Translations under genes and position numbers: made by a program
In this document: in pieces, positions 20,156 through 29,654 of the stretch
How positions within the stretch are numbered: position 1 is the first letter of the stretch
Layout of the letters: each line of letters starts with the position of its first letter
Virus record (IMG/VR): IMGVR_UViG_3300031957_002411
Location: 32,001-96,000 of that record
Length of the DNA stretch: 64,000 nucleotides
From: a virus
Reading direction: 5' to 3' (one strand)
Notes under the pieces: model-generated
What the model was told of the DNA's origin: nothing
What the model saw: the letters and a program-made list of their open reading frames with translations, nothing else
Database searches by the model: none

Positions 20156-20757
20156 AAAAATTAAATTTAGGATGTGCATGTCGATTTTTAGAAGGATATA
20201 TCAATATAGATATGGATTCTATTGAGGACATAAAGCACAGATATCCAAACGTAAATATAAATGATAACATAGAATTTATTCAAGCAAATGTATTAGAATT
20301 GCCATTCGACGATGAATCAATTGATGAGGTTAGGTGTGACGCATTAGTAGAACATTTTTCATTCAAAGAAGAATCATTGTTTTTTAATGAAGTCAATAGA
20401 GTTTTAAAATCAGGGGGTAATTTTAATTTCTCTACTCCCGATTTTGATGAGACAATTAGAAAATGGACACAGGCTAAAGATGATTGGAAAGAATTTTTTA
20501 GAAACGATGAAGAGGCTATCAGGAATGAACATTGGTTTGGCAATAATTCCTATTCTACAGAAAATAAGTGGGGCTATTTAACAGCTTGCATCTTTGGCAC
20601 ACAAAATGGAGTGGGACAATTCCACAAGAACGCATATACTGAAGATAAAATTATAGCTATTTGCAAAGCAATGGATTTTACTCCACCAAAAATTACCCGA
20701 TTTATATGGAAAAAAGATAGAGATATAATGCTTCAAGCAGAGACCTTTAAGAAATGA
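20152..20757 (+). CDS. class I SAM methyltransferase (type 11)
   Basis: KLNLGC, GYINID, LPFDDESID, VEH, RVLKSGG, STPD. Confidence 0.85.
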   Translation: MKKLNLGCACRFLEGYINIDMDSIEDIKHRYPNVNINDNIEFIQANVLELPFDDESIDEVRCDALVEHFSFKEESLFFNEVNRVLKSGGNFNFSTPDFDETIRKWTQAKDDWKEFFRNDEEAIRNEHWFGNNSYSTENKWGYLTACIFGTQNGVGQFHKNAYTEDKIIAICKAMDFTPPKITRFIWKKDRDIMLQAETFKK

Positions 20758-21761
20758 ATTTAGAAGATTGCTTATGTGTTCTTATACCACTTAAAGGTAG
20801 GGAAATAGAAACGCACAGAATAATAAAGTACTTTCAAAAGGTAAAGCTACCTTTTAAAATCCTATTTGCTGATGGTGGCGATAGGGACTTATCTTACGAT
20901 ATAGACAGAACTAATCTAGATATAGAATATTTTTACAATGGTCCAGATAGAACCATACATGATTTCATGCGCAAGATGCGTATAGCGTTTGATAAAATTG
21001 AACAACCGCTTACAATAATGGTAGATAATGATGATTTTATTTCCGTGTCTGGAATGATAGATGCAATTAAATATCTAGAAAAACATGATGAATTTTCTAG
21101 TTATAGAGAGAATGTTTTTTCCTGTAACAGTTTTGTGCCATTGTATGAATCAACATCTATTGATGATGACGATTTATTTTCCAGAATTTTTTCCGCTATG
21201 AATAATAGAACTGTATCATGGCATGATGTAACAAGAACCCACTACAATAAAATATTGTTTAGAATATTAGATCAATGCAATGTCAACGATCTACAGATGA
21301 CTTTTTCTTCTCATATGTTTTGGTCTGAAATTTATGGAAAGTCTTACAAAGGCTTTGATAAAAACTACTACTACCATGTTCTTAGTAATAGCTTAGTGCA
21401 AAACAGAGGAATATTCACTAAATACAACCAATGGATGTTTGACAAAAAATTTGAAAACTCTTTTTCTATTATATTAAGCGCTGCATCTCAAGCTATAGCT
21501 ACGGTTCATGACGCAACCATTCTCGAAATAAAGGATAGACTTGGTGGATTTTATCTAATAGATTTAGCGAAAAGGAACAACATTTCAATTTCAGAACTTA
21601 ATCTCATGAAATATATTAATCAATCCAATAAATACGATGATATTTGTAAGAGGTTGGTAAAACCAGTTCATGATGCGCCCCTATCTTTTAAAATAACTAA
21701 TAATTATACTAATGAAATTACGCCACATGAAGAACTTAGCATAGTAAGGGCATTAATATGA
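20754..21761 (+). CDS. GT2-fold glycosyltransferase (TIGR00180-like)
   Basis: VLIPLKGR, FADGG, VDNDDF. Confidence 0.7.
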   Translation: MNLEDCLCVLIPLKGREIETHRIIKYFQKVKLPFKILFADGGDRDLSYDIDRTNLDIEYFYNGPDRTIHDFMRKMRIAFDKIEQPLTIMVDNDDFISVSGMIDAIKYLEKHDEFSSYRENVFSCNSFVPLYESTSIDDDDLFSRIFSAMNNRTVSWHDVTRTHYNKILFRILDQCNVNDLQMTFSSHMFWSEIYGKSYKGFDKNYYYHVLSNSLVQNRGIFTKYNQWMFDKKFENSFSIILSAASQAIATVHDATILEIKDRLGGFYLIDLAKRNNISISELNLMKYINQSNKYDDICKRLVKPVHDAPLSFKITNNYTNEITPHEELSIVRALI

Positions 21762-22519
21762 AACAAGTTATTAATTGGATGCCAGAATCTGATCCATACA
21801 CAAAAAAGGGCGAAATTGAAGTTCACTCTATTATACATGATATCATGTCAAAAGATGGTCATCATAAATTTAAAAGTAAACAAAATAGAATAAACATATT
21901 AGAACAAGCAGAGAAAGTGATAGATAAACGTATATCTGGTAACGTTTTGGATATAGGATGTGGTAATGGATATGCGTCTATATTCCTAGCTAAAAATAGA
22001 CCAATAGACGTTGTACACAGCATGGAATGTAACATGCCTGCAATTGACGGTCTAGTAAGAAACCATTTTATTCAAGCGGGGATAGATGATAACAAATACG
22101 ATCTAGTCTTGGGCAGCTTTAACAATATTAAGATGAAGCAATTTTATAATTATGTAGTATCTTTAGGCGCTTTGCATCATTCATCAAACTTACTTAAAAC
22201 TGTATCTGAAATTTACTCGTCATTGCAATGTGGTGGATACTTGATAGCCCACGAACCATACATGAGTAGTTTTACTCCAAATAAAAAGTATTTACAAAAA
22301 GATAGCACTTCAAAAAAAGTACAAGGATTAGTGGATTGGAAAGAGTCTAACAGAGATGACCACTTCTTTAGAGAATGCGAATGGCTTACAGCGTTTCATC
22401 ACGCAGGATTTAATATTGTTTGTTTTGAGCGCGAGAGTAAAGATGATGATATACTAAATGCAATCATAGTATTACAAAAACCACACAAAGAGCTAGAATA
22501 CATCCCACATAAATGGTAA
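21758..22519 (+). CDS. class I SAM methyltransferase
   Basis: VLDIGCGNG, GALHH, GGYLIAHEP. Confidence 0.88.
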   Translation: MKQVINWMPESDPYTKKGEIEVHSIIHDIMSKDGHHKFKSKQNRINILEQAEKVIDKRISGNVLDIGCGNGYASIFLAKNRPIDVVHSMECNMPAIDGLVRNHFIQAGIDDNKYDLVLGSFNNIKMKQFYNYVVSLGALHHSSNLLKTVSEIYSSLQCGGYLIAHEPYMSSFTPNKKYLQKDSTSKKVQGLVDWKESNRDDHFFRECEWLTAFHHAGFNIVCFERESKDDDILNAIIVLQKPHKELEYIPHKW

Positions 22520-22529
22520 GGAGACAATA

Positions 22530-23237
22530 ATGAAAGGCATAATATTAGCTGGTGGAACAGGTAGCCGTTTGTACCCACTAACAAAAGTGACTAATAAACA
22601 CCTTTTGCCCATAGGATCATTCCCTATGATTCATTATCCCATAATTAGCATGACAAATGCAGGAATTAAAGATATTATGATTATCAGTGGAACTGGTCAT
22701 GTTGGCAATATGATTAATTTTTTAGGAAGTGGAAGTGGATACGACTGTGATTTTACTTTTAAGGTGCAAGATAGACCAGATGGAATAGCTGGTGCATTAA
22801 AGCTTTGCAAAAATTTTGTTGGGAACGATAGTTGTCTTGTCATACTTGGTGACAATATTTTTGAAAGAGATCTATCTAAGGATGTAAAAGAGTTTAAATC
22901 TGACATGAAATTATTTTTCAAACAAGTACCAGATCCAGAAAGATTTGGCGTAGCAGTTTTGAACAAAGAAGACAAATTAGTTAAGATTGAAGAAAAGCCT
23001 AAAAAACCAAAAAGTAATCTTGCATGTATGGGCGTATACATGTATAATAGTATGGTGTTTGATTGTCTAAATAAAATTAAAAAATCACCTAGAGGTGAAT
23101 ATGAAATTACAACAGTTAATAATTGTATGTTGAGAAAATACGAATCAGAATTTAGTATTATAGATGGTTTTTGCGTGGATGCAGGAACTATGGAGTCTTA
23201 TCACGGAACAAGCAGGTTAATGTATGAGCAAGAATAA
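22530..23237 (+). CDS. rmlA: glucose-1-phosphate thymidylyltransferase
   Basis: GIILAGGTGSRLYPLT, NKHLLP, LGDNIF, EEKP, SPRGEYEIT, DAGT. Confidence 0.95.
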   Translation: MKGIILAGGTGSRLYPLTKVTNKHLLPIGSFPMIHYPIISMTNAGIKDIMIISGTGHVGNMINFLGSGSGYDCDFTFKVQDRPDGIAGALKLCKNFVGNDSCLVILGDNIFERDLSKDVKEFKSDMKLFFKQVPDPERFGVAVLNKEDKLVKIEEKPKKPKSNLACMGVYMYNSMVFDCLNKIKKSPRGEYEITTVNNCMLRKYESEFSIIDGFCVDAGTMESYHGTSRLMYEQE

Positions 23238-24180
23238 TGTACTGATAACGGGCTGTGCTGGTTTTATAGGTAGTCACTATCTAGACCTACTATTACAGAA
23301 CGGTCACAAAGTTATAGGCGTGGACAGCATGACCTATGCCAGTAAACTTTCTAACTTTGAACATCACATGACTGATAAAAACTTTGAATTTCACAAAGCA
23401 GATATTTGTAGAACAATGTTCATGATTGCTTTATGTGAAATACATGAGATTGATTATATAATAAATTTTGCCGCTGAAACACATGTGGATAATTCCATAT
23501 TAGGTGGTGATTGTTTTATTAACTCCAATGTCTCAGGCGTTAAATCCTTGATGGAAGTTTGCAAACGATTAGAGATTCCCATATGTCACATATCTACAGA
23601 TGAAGTATACGGACCAATAAAACAAGGATCGTTTAGTGAATATGCTAATTTATCTCCAAAAAATTATTATTCAGCTACCAAAGCTGCTGCTGAACATATA
23701 GTGTCTGCTTATGCAAACACATTTAAAGTGCCTTACACTATGGTAAGAATGAGCAATAATTACGGCCCAAGACAACATGACGAAAAGTTTTTGCCAACAA
23801 TACTAAGATCTATAAAGCAAGGCACTAAGATACCATTATATGGAGATGGAAAACAAGTAAGAGATTGGATTTTCGTAAAAGATTCTGTGAATATAATATA
23901 CAAAATATTAGAAGAGTATGACAGATTTGAAGAAATACCATTTAGTAATCAGGTTTATAATGTAAGTTTACGTGATGAAAAACAAAACAAAGATGTCATA
24001 CAAAGTGTTCTTTCACTTATGAATCTAGAGTGGGACGATCATGTGCGATACGTGGAAGATAGACTTGGACATGATGTGCGATACAGTATTCACAATGAGA
24101 AGATAGGTGATATAATTGAAAGCATTGATACTACTAGTTTTGAAAATGGACTAAGAAGGACAATCCAATACTATGAATAA
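23224..24180 (+). CDS. rmlB: dTDP-glucose 4,6-dehydratase
   Basis: TGCAGFIGS, FAAETHVD, ISTDEVYG, YSATKAA, NNYGPRQ, GHDVRY. Confidence 0.95.
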   Translation: MSKNNVLITGCAGFIGSHYLDLLLQNGHKVIGVDSMTYASKLSNFEHHMTDKNFEFHKADICRTMFMIALCEIHEIDYIINFAAETHVDNSILGGDCFINSNVSGVKSLMEVCKRLEIPICHISTDEVYGPIKQGSFSEYANLSPKNYYSATKAAAEHIVSAYANTFKVPYTMVRMSNNYGPRQHDEKFLPTILRSIKQGTKIPLYGDGKQVRDWIFVKDSVNIIYKILEEYDRFEEIPFSNQVYNVSLRDEKQNKDVIQSVLSLMNLEWDDHVRYVEDRLGHDVRYSIHNEKIGDIIESIDTTSFENGLRRTIQYYE

Positions 24181-24856
24181 ATTAGCAGTTATTCCCGCTA
24201 GAGCAGGATCTACTAGACTTAAAAATAAGAATACTTACCCACTGTTGGGCGAACCTCTGATAAGGTGGGTGACAAAATCAGTAATTTGTTCTAAACGTTT
24301 TGATAAAGTCTTAATATCTACAGATAGTGATGAAATATTCAATTGTGTAGAAGATTTAGAAGTAGAAAGACATGAAAGACCTGAAGAACATGCAACAACA
24401 AAATCAACAGTCTTAGACGCGATGATAGATTTAATGGAAAACTACGAAACGCATGATGTATTTTCTTACTTTTTACCAACGTGTCCATTTATCACTTCTG
24501 AACAGGTGGCTTCTGGCGTTGACATGTTAGAAAAATATAGGTGCGATTCAGTTATTAGTATGACAGAAATGCAAGACACTGTACAATTAGCCTGCCTAAT
24601 GAGTCAAGATAGGGTGCTTCCAGTTTTTGACAATCTTGAAGCTGGTCTTACTAACAGTAAATTTATTAAAAAATACTACAAACCTTCAGGCGCATTTTAC
24701 ATGGGATTCTGGGACTCAATACTAAAATATAGAAACTTTTTTGTAGGAGATACAAGAGGTGTACTTATACCAACAGATAATTCAGTTGATATAAATAATA
24801 TTGAAGACATACATTACGCTGAAACGATAGGAGCAAAGAATGGTTATTTATGTTGA
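24173..24856 (+). CDS. CMP-ulosonic acid (NeuA/KdsB-family) cytidylyltransferase
   Basis: IPARAGSTRLKNKN, STDS, PTCPF, GAFY, SVDIN. Confidence 0.9.
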   Translation: MNKLAVIPARAGSTRLKNKNTYPLLGEPLIRWVTKSVICSKRFDKVLISTDSDEIFNCVEDLEVERHERPEEHATTKSTVLDAMIDLMENYETHDVFSYFLPTCPFITSEQVASGVDMLEKYRCDSVISMTEMQDTVQLACLMSQDRVLPVFDNLEAGLTNSKFIKKYYKPSGAFYMGFWDSILKYRNFFVGDTRGVLIPTDNSVDINNIEDIHYAETIGAKNGYLC

Positions 24857-25145
24857 TATAGATAATACGATTTGTAAAACTAATAGTTCTGCTGAGTATG
24901 ATAAAGCAGTGCCAATTAATTCAAGAATTGAAAAAATCAACAAGCTTTATGACGCTGGACACACTATAATATATTGGACAGCTAGAGGAACTAAAACAGG
25001 AAAGAATTGGAAAGACTTAACAGTGAGACAATTTAGAGAATGGGGCGTAAGGTGTCACGAATTACATTTTAAAAAGCCAGTGTACGATCTGTTTATTGAT
25101 GATAAAAATATAGAGTCTAATACTTATTTTGAAGACGTAGATTGA
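24840..25145 (+). CDS. small HAD phosphatase
   Basis: DIDNTIC, WTARG, KP, FIDDK. Confidence 0.85.
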   Translation: MVIYVDIDNTICKTNSSAEYDKAVPINSRIEKINKLYDAGHTIIYWTARGTKTGKNWKDLTVRQFREWGVRCHELHFKKPVYDLFIDDKNIESNTYFEDVD

Positions 25146-25157
25146 TAGGAGAAAACA

Positions 25158-26723
25158 TTGAACTGGTTTCCATTGAAGAACTTTACGCATTATAGTTTAC
25201 TAAGAGGATTCTCTAAGCCACACGAACTTGCAAAGATTTGTGCTGACAATGATTATCCAGCATGTGGTATTACAGACTACAAATCTATATCAGGCGCTGT
25301 GTCTTTTCACCAAGCTTGTAAAAAAGTTGGAATCAAGCCAATCATAGGATGCTCATTTGATAACACGACTGTATACGCAAAAAACAAAGATGGATGGCAC
25401 GATCTAATACAAATGGTATCAATGACTGACGAAAATGGCAACATGCCAACAGATATTGCTAAAGATATTATTAGTAGAAATAACCTAGTAGCACTACCAA
25501 AATCTAAAGATAAAATAAAACCTTCGTATTATGTAAAAAAAGAACAAGCTGGATTACATAGAGTTTTATTATGTTCTGCCCTAAAAACAACACTGCCCAA
25601 AATCCAAACTCAAATACGTAAAAAAGAATTAGACAAAGATATACTAGAGTACTTCAATAAAGATGATAAATGTGTCACTGAAGGTGAGGTGACTAAAGAA
25701 TTAGAATACATATACAATTCTTGTGAAGAATACGATATACTAAGCCCACCAATGTTGCCTACCTTTGTTTGTCCTAATGGTATGTCACAAGAAGAATATC
25801 TAACAAATATGGCTAGAAAGGGATATACTGAATTATTAAAACCAAAGGTTGGTAAAGACAAAGAAAAGCAAAAAGTTTATGGTGACAGATTTCAGAAAGA
25901 GTTAGAGGTAATCAGAAATGCAGACCTGTTTGGCTACTTCTTGATTGTTCAAGATATTATCAGACATATAGAAAAAGATATGGGTTGTTTAGCTGGACCG
26001 GGGAGAGGATCTGCTGCTGGTTGTCTGATATCATATCTTATTGGAATCACTAAGATTGATCCAGTAGAACATGATTTGCTATTTGAAAGATTTTATAATG
26101 CGGGTCGTAATGCTGGTGGTAACGTTTCTTTGCCCGATATTGACATGGACGTTCCGGGCAAGAGAAGAGATGATGTCATAGACTATCTCAAGGAAACATA
26201 TGGTAAAGAACATGTTAGTCAAATGATTACGTTTGGAAGACTACAGGGACGTAGTGCTATTAAAGAAGTTTTAAGAATTAATGATGCTTGTTCCTTTAGC
26301 GAAATGAACACTATAACTAAAAGTGTTCCAAATGAAGCAGAAATATCTGACCAACTGGTAGAAATGGACGATGAAGATAGATCAATTATTAAATGGTCTC
26401 TCATGAATCGTGCAGACGAACTAAGAGATTTTTGTCATATAACAGACGATGGAAAGCTTGAAGGTGACTACGCAGAGTATTTCCAGCAAGCAATAGAAAT
26501 AGAGGGAACTTTTAAAACGCAGGGTAAACATGCTGCTGGTGTTGTCATATCAAAAGACAAGCTGAAGAATGTTTGCCCAATGGTAGAACAGAAAGGATCT
26601 ATTGAAAAGATAGCAGGTTTAGAAATGTCTGATCTAGAAGCGCTAGGTCATGTAAAATTTGACGTTCTAGGAATCAATCTTCTAGATAAACTCATGAAAA
26701 TTAAGGAATTAACTAATGGCTAA
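25158..26723 (+). CDS. dnaE: DNA polymerase III alpha (DnaE), N-terminal half: degenerate PHP + palm/thumb
   Basis: THYSLLRG, GITDY, GPGRGSAAG, FERF, PDIDMD, GKHAAGVVI, KFDVLG; TTG start with GGAG RBS. Confidence 0.93.
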   Translation: MNWFPLKNFTHYSLLRGFSKPHELAKICADNDYPACGITDYKSISGAVSFHQACKKVGIKPIIGCSFDNTTVYAKNKDGWHDLIQMVSMTDENGNMPTDIAKDIISRNNLVALPKSKDKIKPSYYVKKEQAGLHRVLLCSALKTTLPKIQTQIRKKELDKDILEYFNKDDKCVTEGEVTKELEYIYNSCEEYDILSPPMLPTFVCPNGMSQEEYLTNMARKGYTELLKPKVGKDKEKQKVYGDRFQKELEVIRNADLFGYFLIVQDIIRHIEKDMGCLAGPGRGSAAGCLISYLIGITKIDPVEHDLLFERFYNAGRNAGGNVSLPDIDMDVPGKRRDDVIDYLKETYGKEHVSQMITFGRLQGRSAIKEVLRINDACSFSEMNTITKSVPNEAEISDQLVEMDDEDRSIIKWSLMNRADELRDFCHITDDGKLEGDYAEYFQQAIEIEGTFKTQGKHAAGVVISKDKLKNVCPMVEQKGSIEKIAGLEMSDLEALGHVKFDVLGINLLDKLMKIKELTNG

Positions 26724-27396
26724 TAGAGACTTTATTGTATTTGACTTTGAAACAGGAAGTCGTAATCCTCATAAAACACAACCCACGCAAATTGCTGCTT
26801 TGGCTTTAGATGGTCGTAATCTTGCTATGAAAGGTACATTCAACAGTGAAATTAGACCTATCTTAAACGACGAAGCCGCTATTGCTGCTGGGTTAGATCC
26901 AATTGAAGACGGAGCATTAAAAGTTACAGGAAAAAATAGAAAAGATCTAGCGAAGGCTCCAACTCTAAAATCAGTTTGGAAAAAGTTTTGCACATTTGTA
27001 GATAAGTATAATTGGAAAAAAGATCCATTTTATAATCCTATACCTGTTGGATATAATATTATAGGATTTGACATGGTTATAATCAACAGGTTATGTAAAG
27101 AGTATGGACCATTTGACGATGCTAGACAACAGCAAAAAATATTTAGCAGAGTTCACAAATGTGACGTTATGGATAACATGCATATGTGGACAGAGGGTGA
27201 TCCTAGCATCAGATCTATCAGCATGGATACGTTGCGTGAACGCATGGGACTGTCGAAAGAAAATGCACATGATGCGTTGCAAGATGTTAAGGATACGACT
27301 AATATATTTATAAAGCTACTAAAGACTCATCGCGCAGTTTACCAAGAAATACAACTAGACAAGGCTTTTGCTAATGGAAACCTCTACGTTAAGTAA
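26716..27396 (+). CDS. DEDDh 3'-5' exonuclease (DnaQ/epsilon-like)
   Basis: ExoI FDFETG, ExoII YNIIGFD, ExoIII HDALQDV. Confidence 0.9.
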   Translation: MANRDFIVFDFETGSRNPHKTQPTQIAALALDGRNLAMKGTFNSEIRPILNDEAAIAAGLDPIEDGALKVTGKNRKDLAKAPTLKSVWKKFCTFVDKYNWKKDPFYNPIPVGYNIIGFDMVIINRLCKEYGPFDDARQQQKIFSRVHKCDVMDNMHMWTEGDPSIRSISMDTLRERMGLSKENAHDALQDVKDTTNIFIKLLKTHRAVYQEIQLDKAFANGNLYVK

Positions 27397-27724
27397 AGTA
27401 TGCAAGACCTGTGGTATAAAAAAGTCAAACGATGAGTTTGTAAAGGCTGATGGTCAACATCGCTCAACGAGAAACAGATGCAAAGATTGTCATAAAGCAC
27501 AAGCAAACATACGAAAGAAGTTAAGAAAAGAAAACCCACCGCCAAAAAGTGGGAAATGTCCAATATGTCAAAAGCATACAGAGGATTGGGTTTTAGATCA
27601 TTGCCATGTTAATGAAAGTTTTAGAGGATATATCTGTAGATACTGTAACTCTGGGATAGGATTGTTAGGCGACGATGTAGACGGTGTGGTCAACGCATTG
27701 AATTATTTAATTGAAAGAAGATAA
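27368..27724 (+). CDS. endonuclease VII-family His-Me endonuclease (probable homing endonuclease)
   Basis: KVCKTCG...CKDC zinc finger, CPICQ...LDHCH...RGYICRYCNSGIG. Confidence 0.85.
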   Translation: MLMETSTLSKVCKTCGIKKSNDEFVKADGQHRSTRNRCKDCHKAQANIRKKLRKENPPPKSGKCPICQKHTEDWVLDHCHVNESFRGYICRYCNSGIGLLGDDVDGVVNALNYLIERR

Positions 27725-29283
27725 TGAAATACAACGACGAAAAAACTTGGCAGTTGTTTGAGGAAGGCAAAACAAAAGGTGTCTTCCAGTTAGAGAGTAA
27801 TCTTGGTAAGTCTTGGTCTAAGAAATTAGCACCAAGTAATATAGAAGAATTGTCAGCACTTATTGCGATTATTCGTCCGGGCTGTTTAAAAGCATATGTT
27901 GATGGAAAATCTATGAGCCAACATTTTATTGATCGTAAGCATGGTCGTGAAGAAGTCACGTACCTACATGAATCTCTAGAAGAAATTTTAGCACCAACGT
28001 ATGGCGTTCTTGTGTATCAAGAGCAGTCCATGCGTATTGCGCAAAAAATAGCAGGATTTGATCTACAAGAAGCAGATGAGCTTCGTAAAGCCATTGGAAA
28101 GAAAAAGGCTGACCTAATGGCTAAAGTTAAAAAGAAATTTATAGCTGGTGCAAAAAAGGTTGGTATAGTCAACAAGGAAGAAGCAGAAGAAATATTTGGA
28201 TGGATTCAAGCATCTTCTAGGTACGCATTTAACAAATCACATAGTATATCATATGCTGTTTGTTCATATTGGAGCGCGTATGAGAAAGCTCATCATCCAG
28301 AAGAATTTTTCTTATCATATTTGTACTATGCAAATGAAAAACAAGACCCACATCAAGAAGTATATGAATTATTTTCTGAGGCAAAGTTATTCGATATTCA
28401 AGCAAGAACACCAAGTCTTGCAAATTTTGATACAAAGTTTAATGCTAAAAAGGGTAAAATATATTTTGGTATAAAGGATATTAAATCACTTACAGGTAAA
28501 ACTGGAGACAGAGTTGTTGACTCAGTAAAAGAAGTAGAAGAAGAACTAGGAAAACCAATGACTAAGTTCACATGGGTTGAAATACTCTTGTTCTTTGCTC
28601 CCAAAATTACTTCAACAGCTTTTAAAGCGCTTGCTTCTATAGGATTTTTTAGGGACTTTAAGGATAAAATATCTAGAAATAAAGCTCTATACGACTATGA
28701 TATATACAGATTACTAACCAAGGCAGAGCAAAAATGGATACAAACAAATTACCAAACAAAGAAATGGAAAACTTTTATAGCCTGCTTAGAGGATTTAGCA
28801 CCAACAAAAAAGAATGGTGGTGGAACCCACAAAATCGAAAGATCGCAAGCTGTTGAGAATGAGATACAGTTATTACTAGACCCTCCATACGCCTTAGATG
28901 ACGACCCAAACTGGATTATAGATCAAGAAACTAGATTTCTAGGATGCCCAGTATCAATGACTAAGGTAGAGGTTGCAGATACTTCAGCAGCTAATACCAC
29001 TTGCAAAGATATCATAAATGGTAAGAAAGGCAAAGATATATGTGTAGTGGGCAACATTCAAAGAATGGCAGACTATACTATCAGCAAGGGTGACTCAAAG
29101 GGGAAGCTCATGTCATTTCTAACCATAGAGGATGACACATGCATTTTAGATAGTGTTGTAGTATTTCCAAAAATTAGACAGAAATATAAATATATATTAT
29201 ACGAAGGTAATAATCTGATATTTTGCGGCTCTGTTGCCAAACACGAAACATCTCTAATAGTCGATAAAATTTATGAAATTTAA
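27724..29283 (+). CDS. dnaE: DNA polymerase III alpha (DnaE), C-terminal half: fingers, HhH, OB
   Basis: GVFQLES, IRPG, YGVLVYQEQSM, ADELRKAIGKK, YAFNKSHS, MSFLTIEDDT. Confidence 0.93.
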   Translation: MKYNDEKTWQLFEEGKTKGVFQLESNLGKSWSKKLAPSNIEELSALIAIIRPGCLKAYVDGKSMSQHFIDRKHGREEVTYLHESLEEILAPTYGVLVYQEQSMRIAQKIAGFDLQEADELRKAIGKKKADLMAKVKKKFIAGAKKVGIVNKEEAEEIFGWIQASSRYAFNKSHSISYAVCSYWSAYEKAHHPEEFFLSYLYYANEKQDPHQEVYELFSEAKLFDIQARTPSLANFDTKFNAKKGKIYFGIKDIKSLTGKTGDRVVDSVKEVEEELGKPMTKFTWVEILLFFAPKITSTAFKALASIGFFRDFKDKISRNKALYDYDIYRLLTKAEQKWIQTNYQTKKWKTFIACLEDLAPTKKNGGGTHKIERSQAVENEIQLLLDPPYALDDDPNWIIDQETRFLGCPVSMTKVEVADTSAANTTCKDIINGKKGKDICVVGNIQRMADYTISKGDSKGKLMSFLTIEDDTCILDSVVVFPKIRQKYKYILYEGNNLIFCGSVAKHETSLIVDKIYEI

Positions 29284-29330
29284 TTGGTTTTTTTAACTGT
29301 ACAAGCTAATATACTAAGATAGGAGAGAAT

Positions 29331-29648
29331 ATGAACAATTGTTGTTTTACTGGATACCTTGTAGAAAACCCTAGAACGTCAGTGGTCGGAGATGTCGTAC
29401 TAGCTGAGTTTACTGTGGTCGTATATAATTATAGAAGAACAAAAAGCACTGGAGAAAAGAGTAGGATACCCACTTACTTAAATTGCGAAGCTTGGCACAC
29501 AGGCGCTGAAACTATCGAAAGATTTGCAACAGAAGGAACAAAAATTACAATAAACGCTTCAGCAAAAAATAGATCTAAAGATGATGAGTCTGTTGTTTTC
29601 AGAATAAACGAATTTGACATATGCAGTCAAGACTATAACGAAGAATAG
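29331..29648 (+). CDS. ssb: single-stranded DNA-binding protein (OB fold)
   Basis: MNNCCFTGYL..NP, CEAW, AE; short acidic tail; AGGAG RBS. Confidence 0.8.
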   Translation: MNNCCFTGYLVENPRTSVVGDVVLAEFTVVVYNYRRTKSTGEKSRIPTYLNCEAWHTGAETIERFATEGTKITINASAKNRSKDDESVVFRINEFDICSQDYNEE

Positions 29649-29654
29649 GACAAG

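Noticed and set aside
13517-25145. Bacterial chromosomal LPS locus or chimeric contig
   Set aside because: Genes are coupled with flanking phage genes, share the CCWGG avoidance, and lack export/polymerase genes; read coverage would still be the decisive test
26690-27760. Split intein or group I intron joining the DnaE halves
   Set aside because: No Cys/Ser-start intein block or His-Asn end; the interval is entirely filled by overlapping ORFs, leaving no evident room for a ribozyme core
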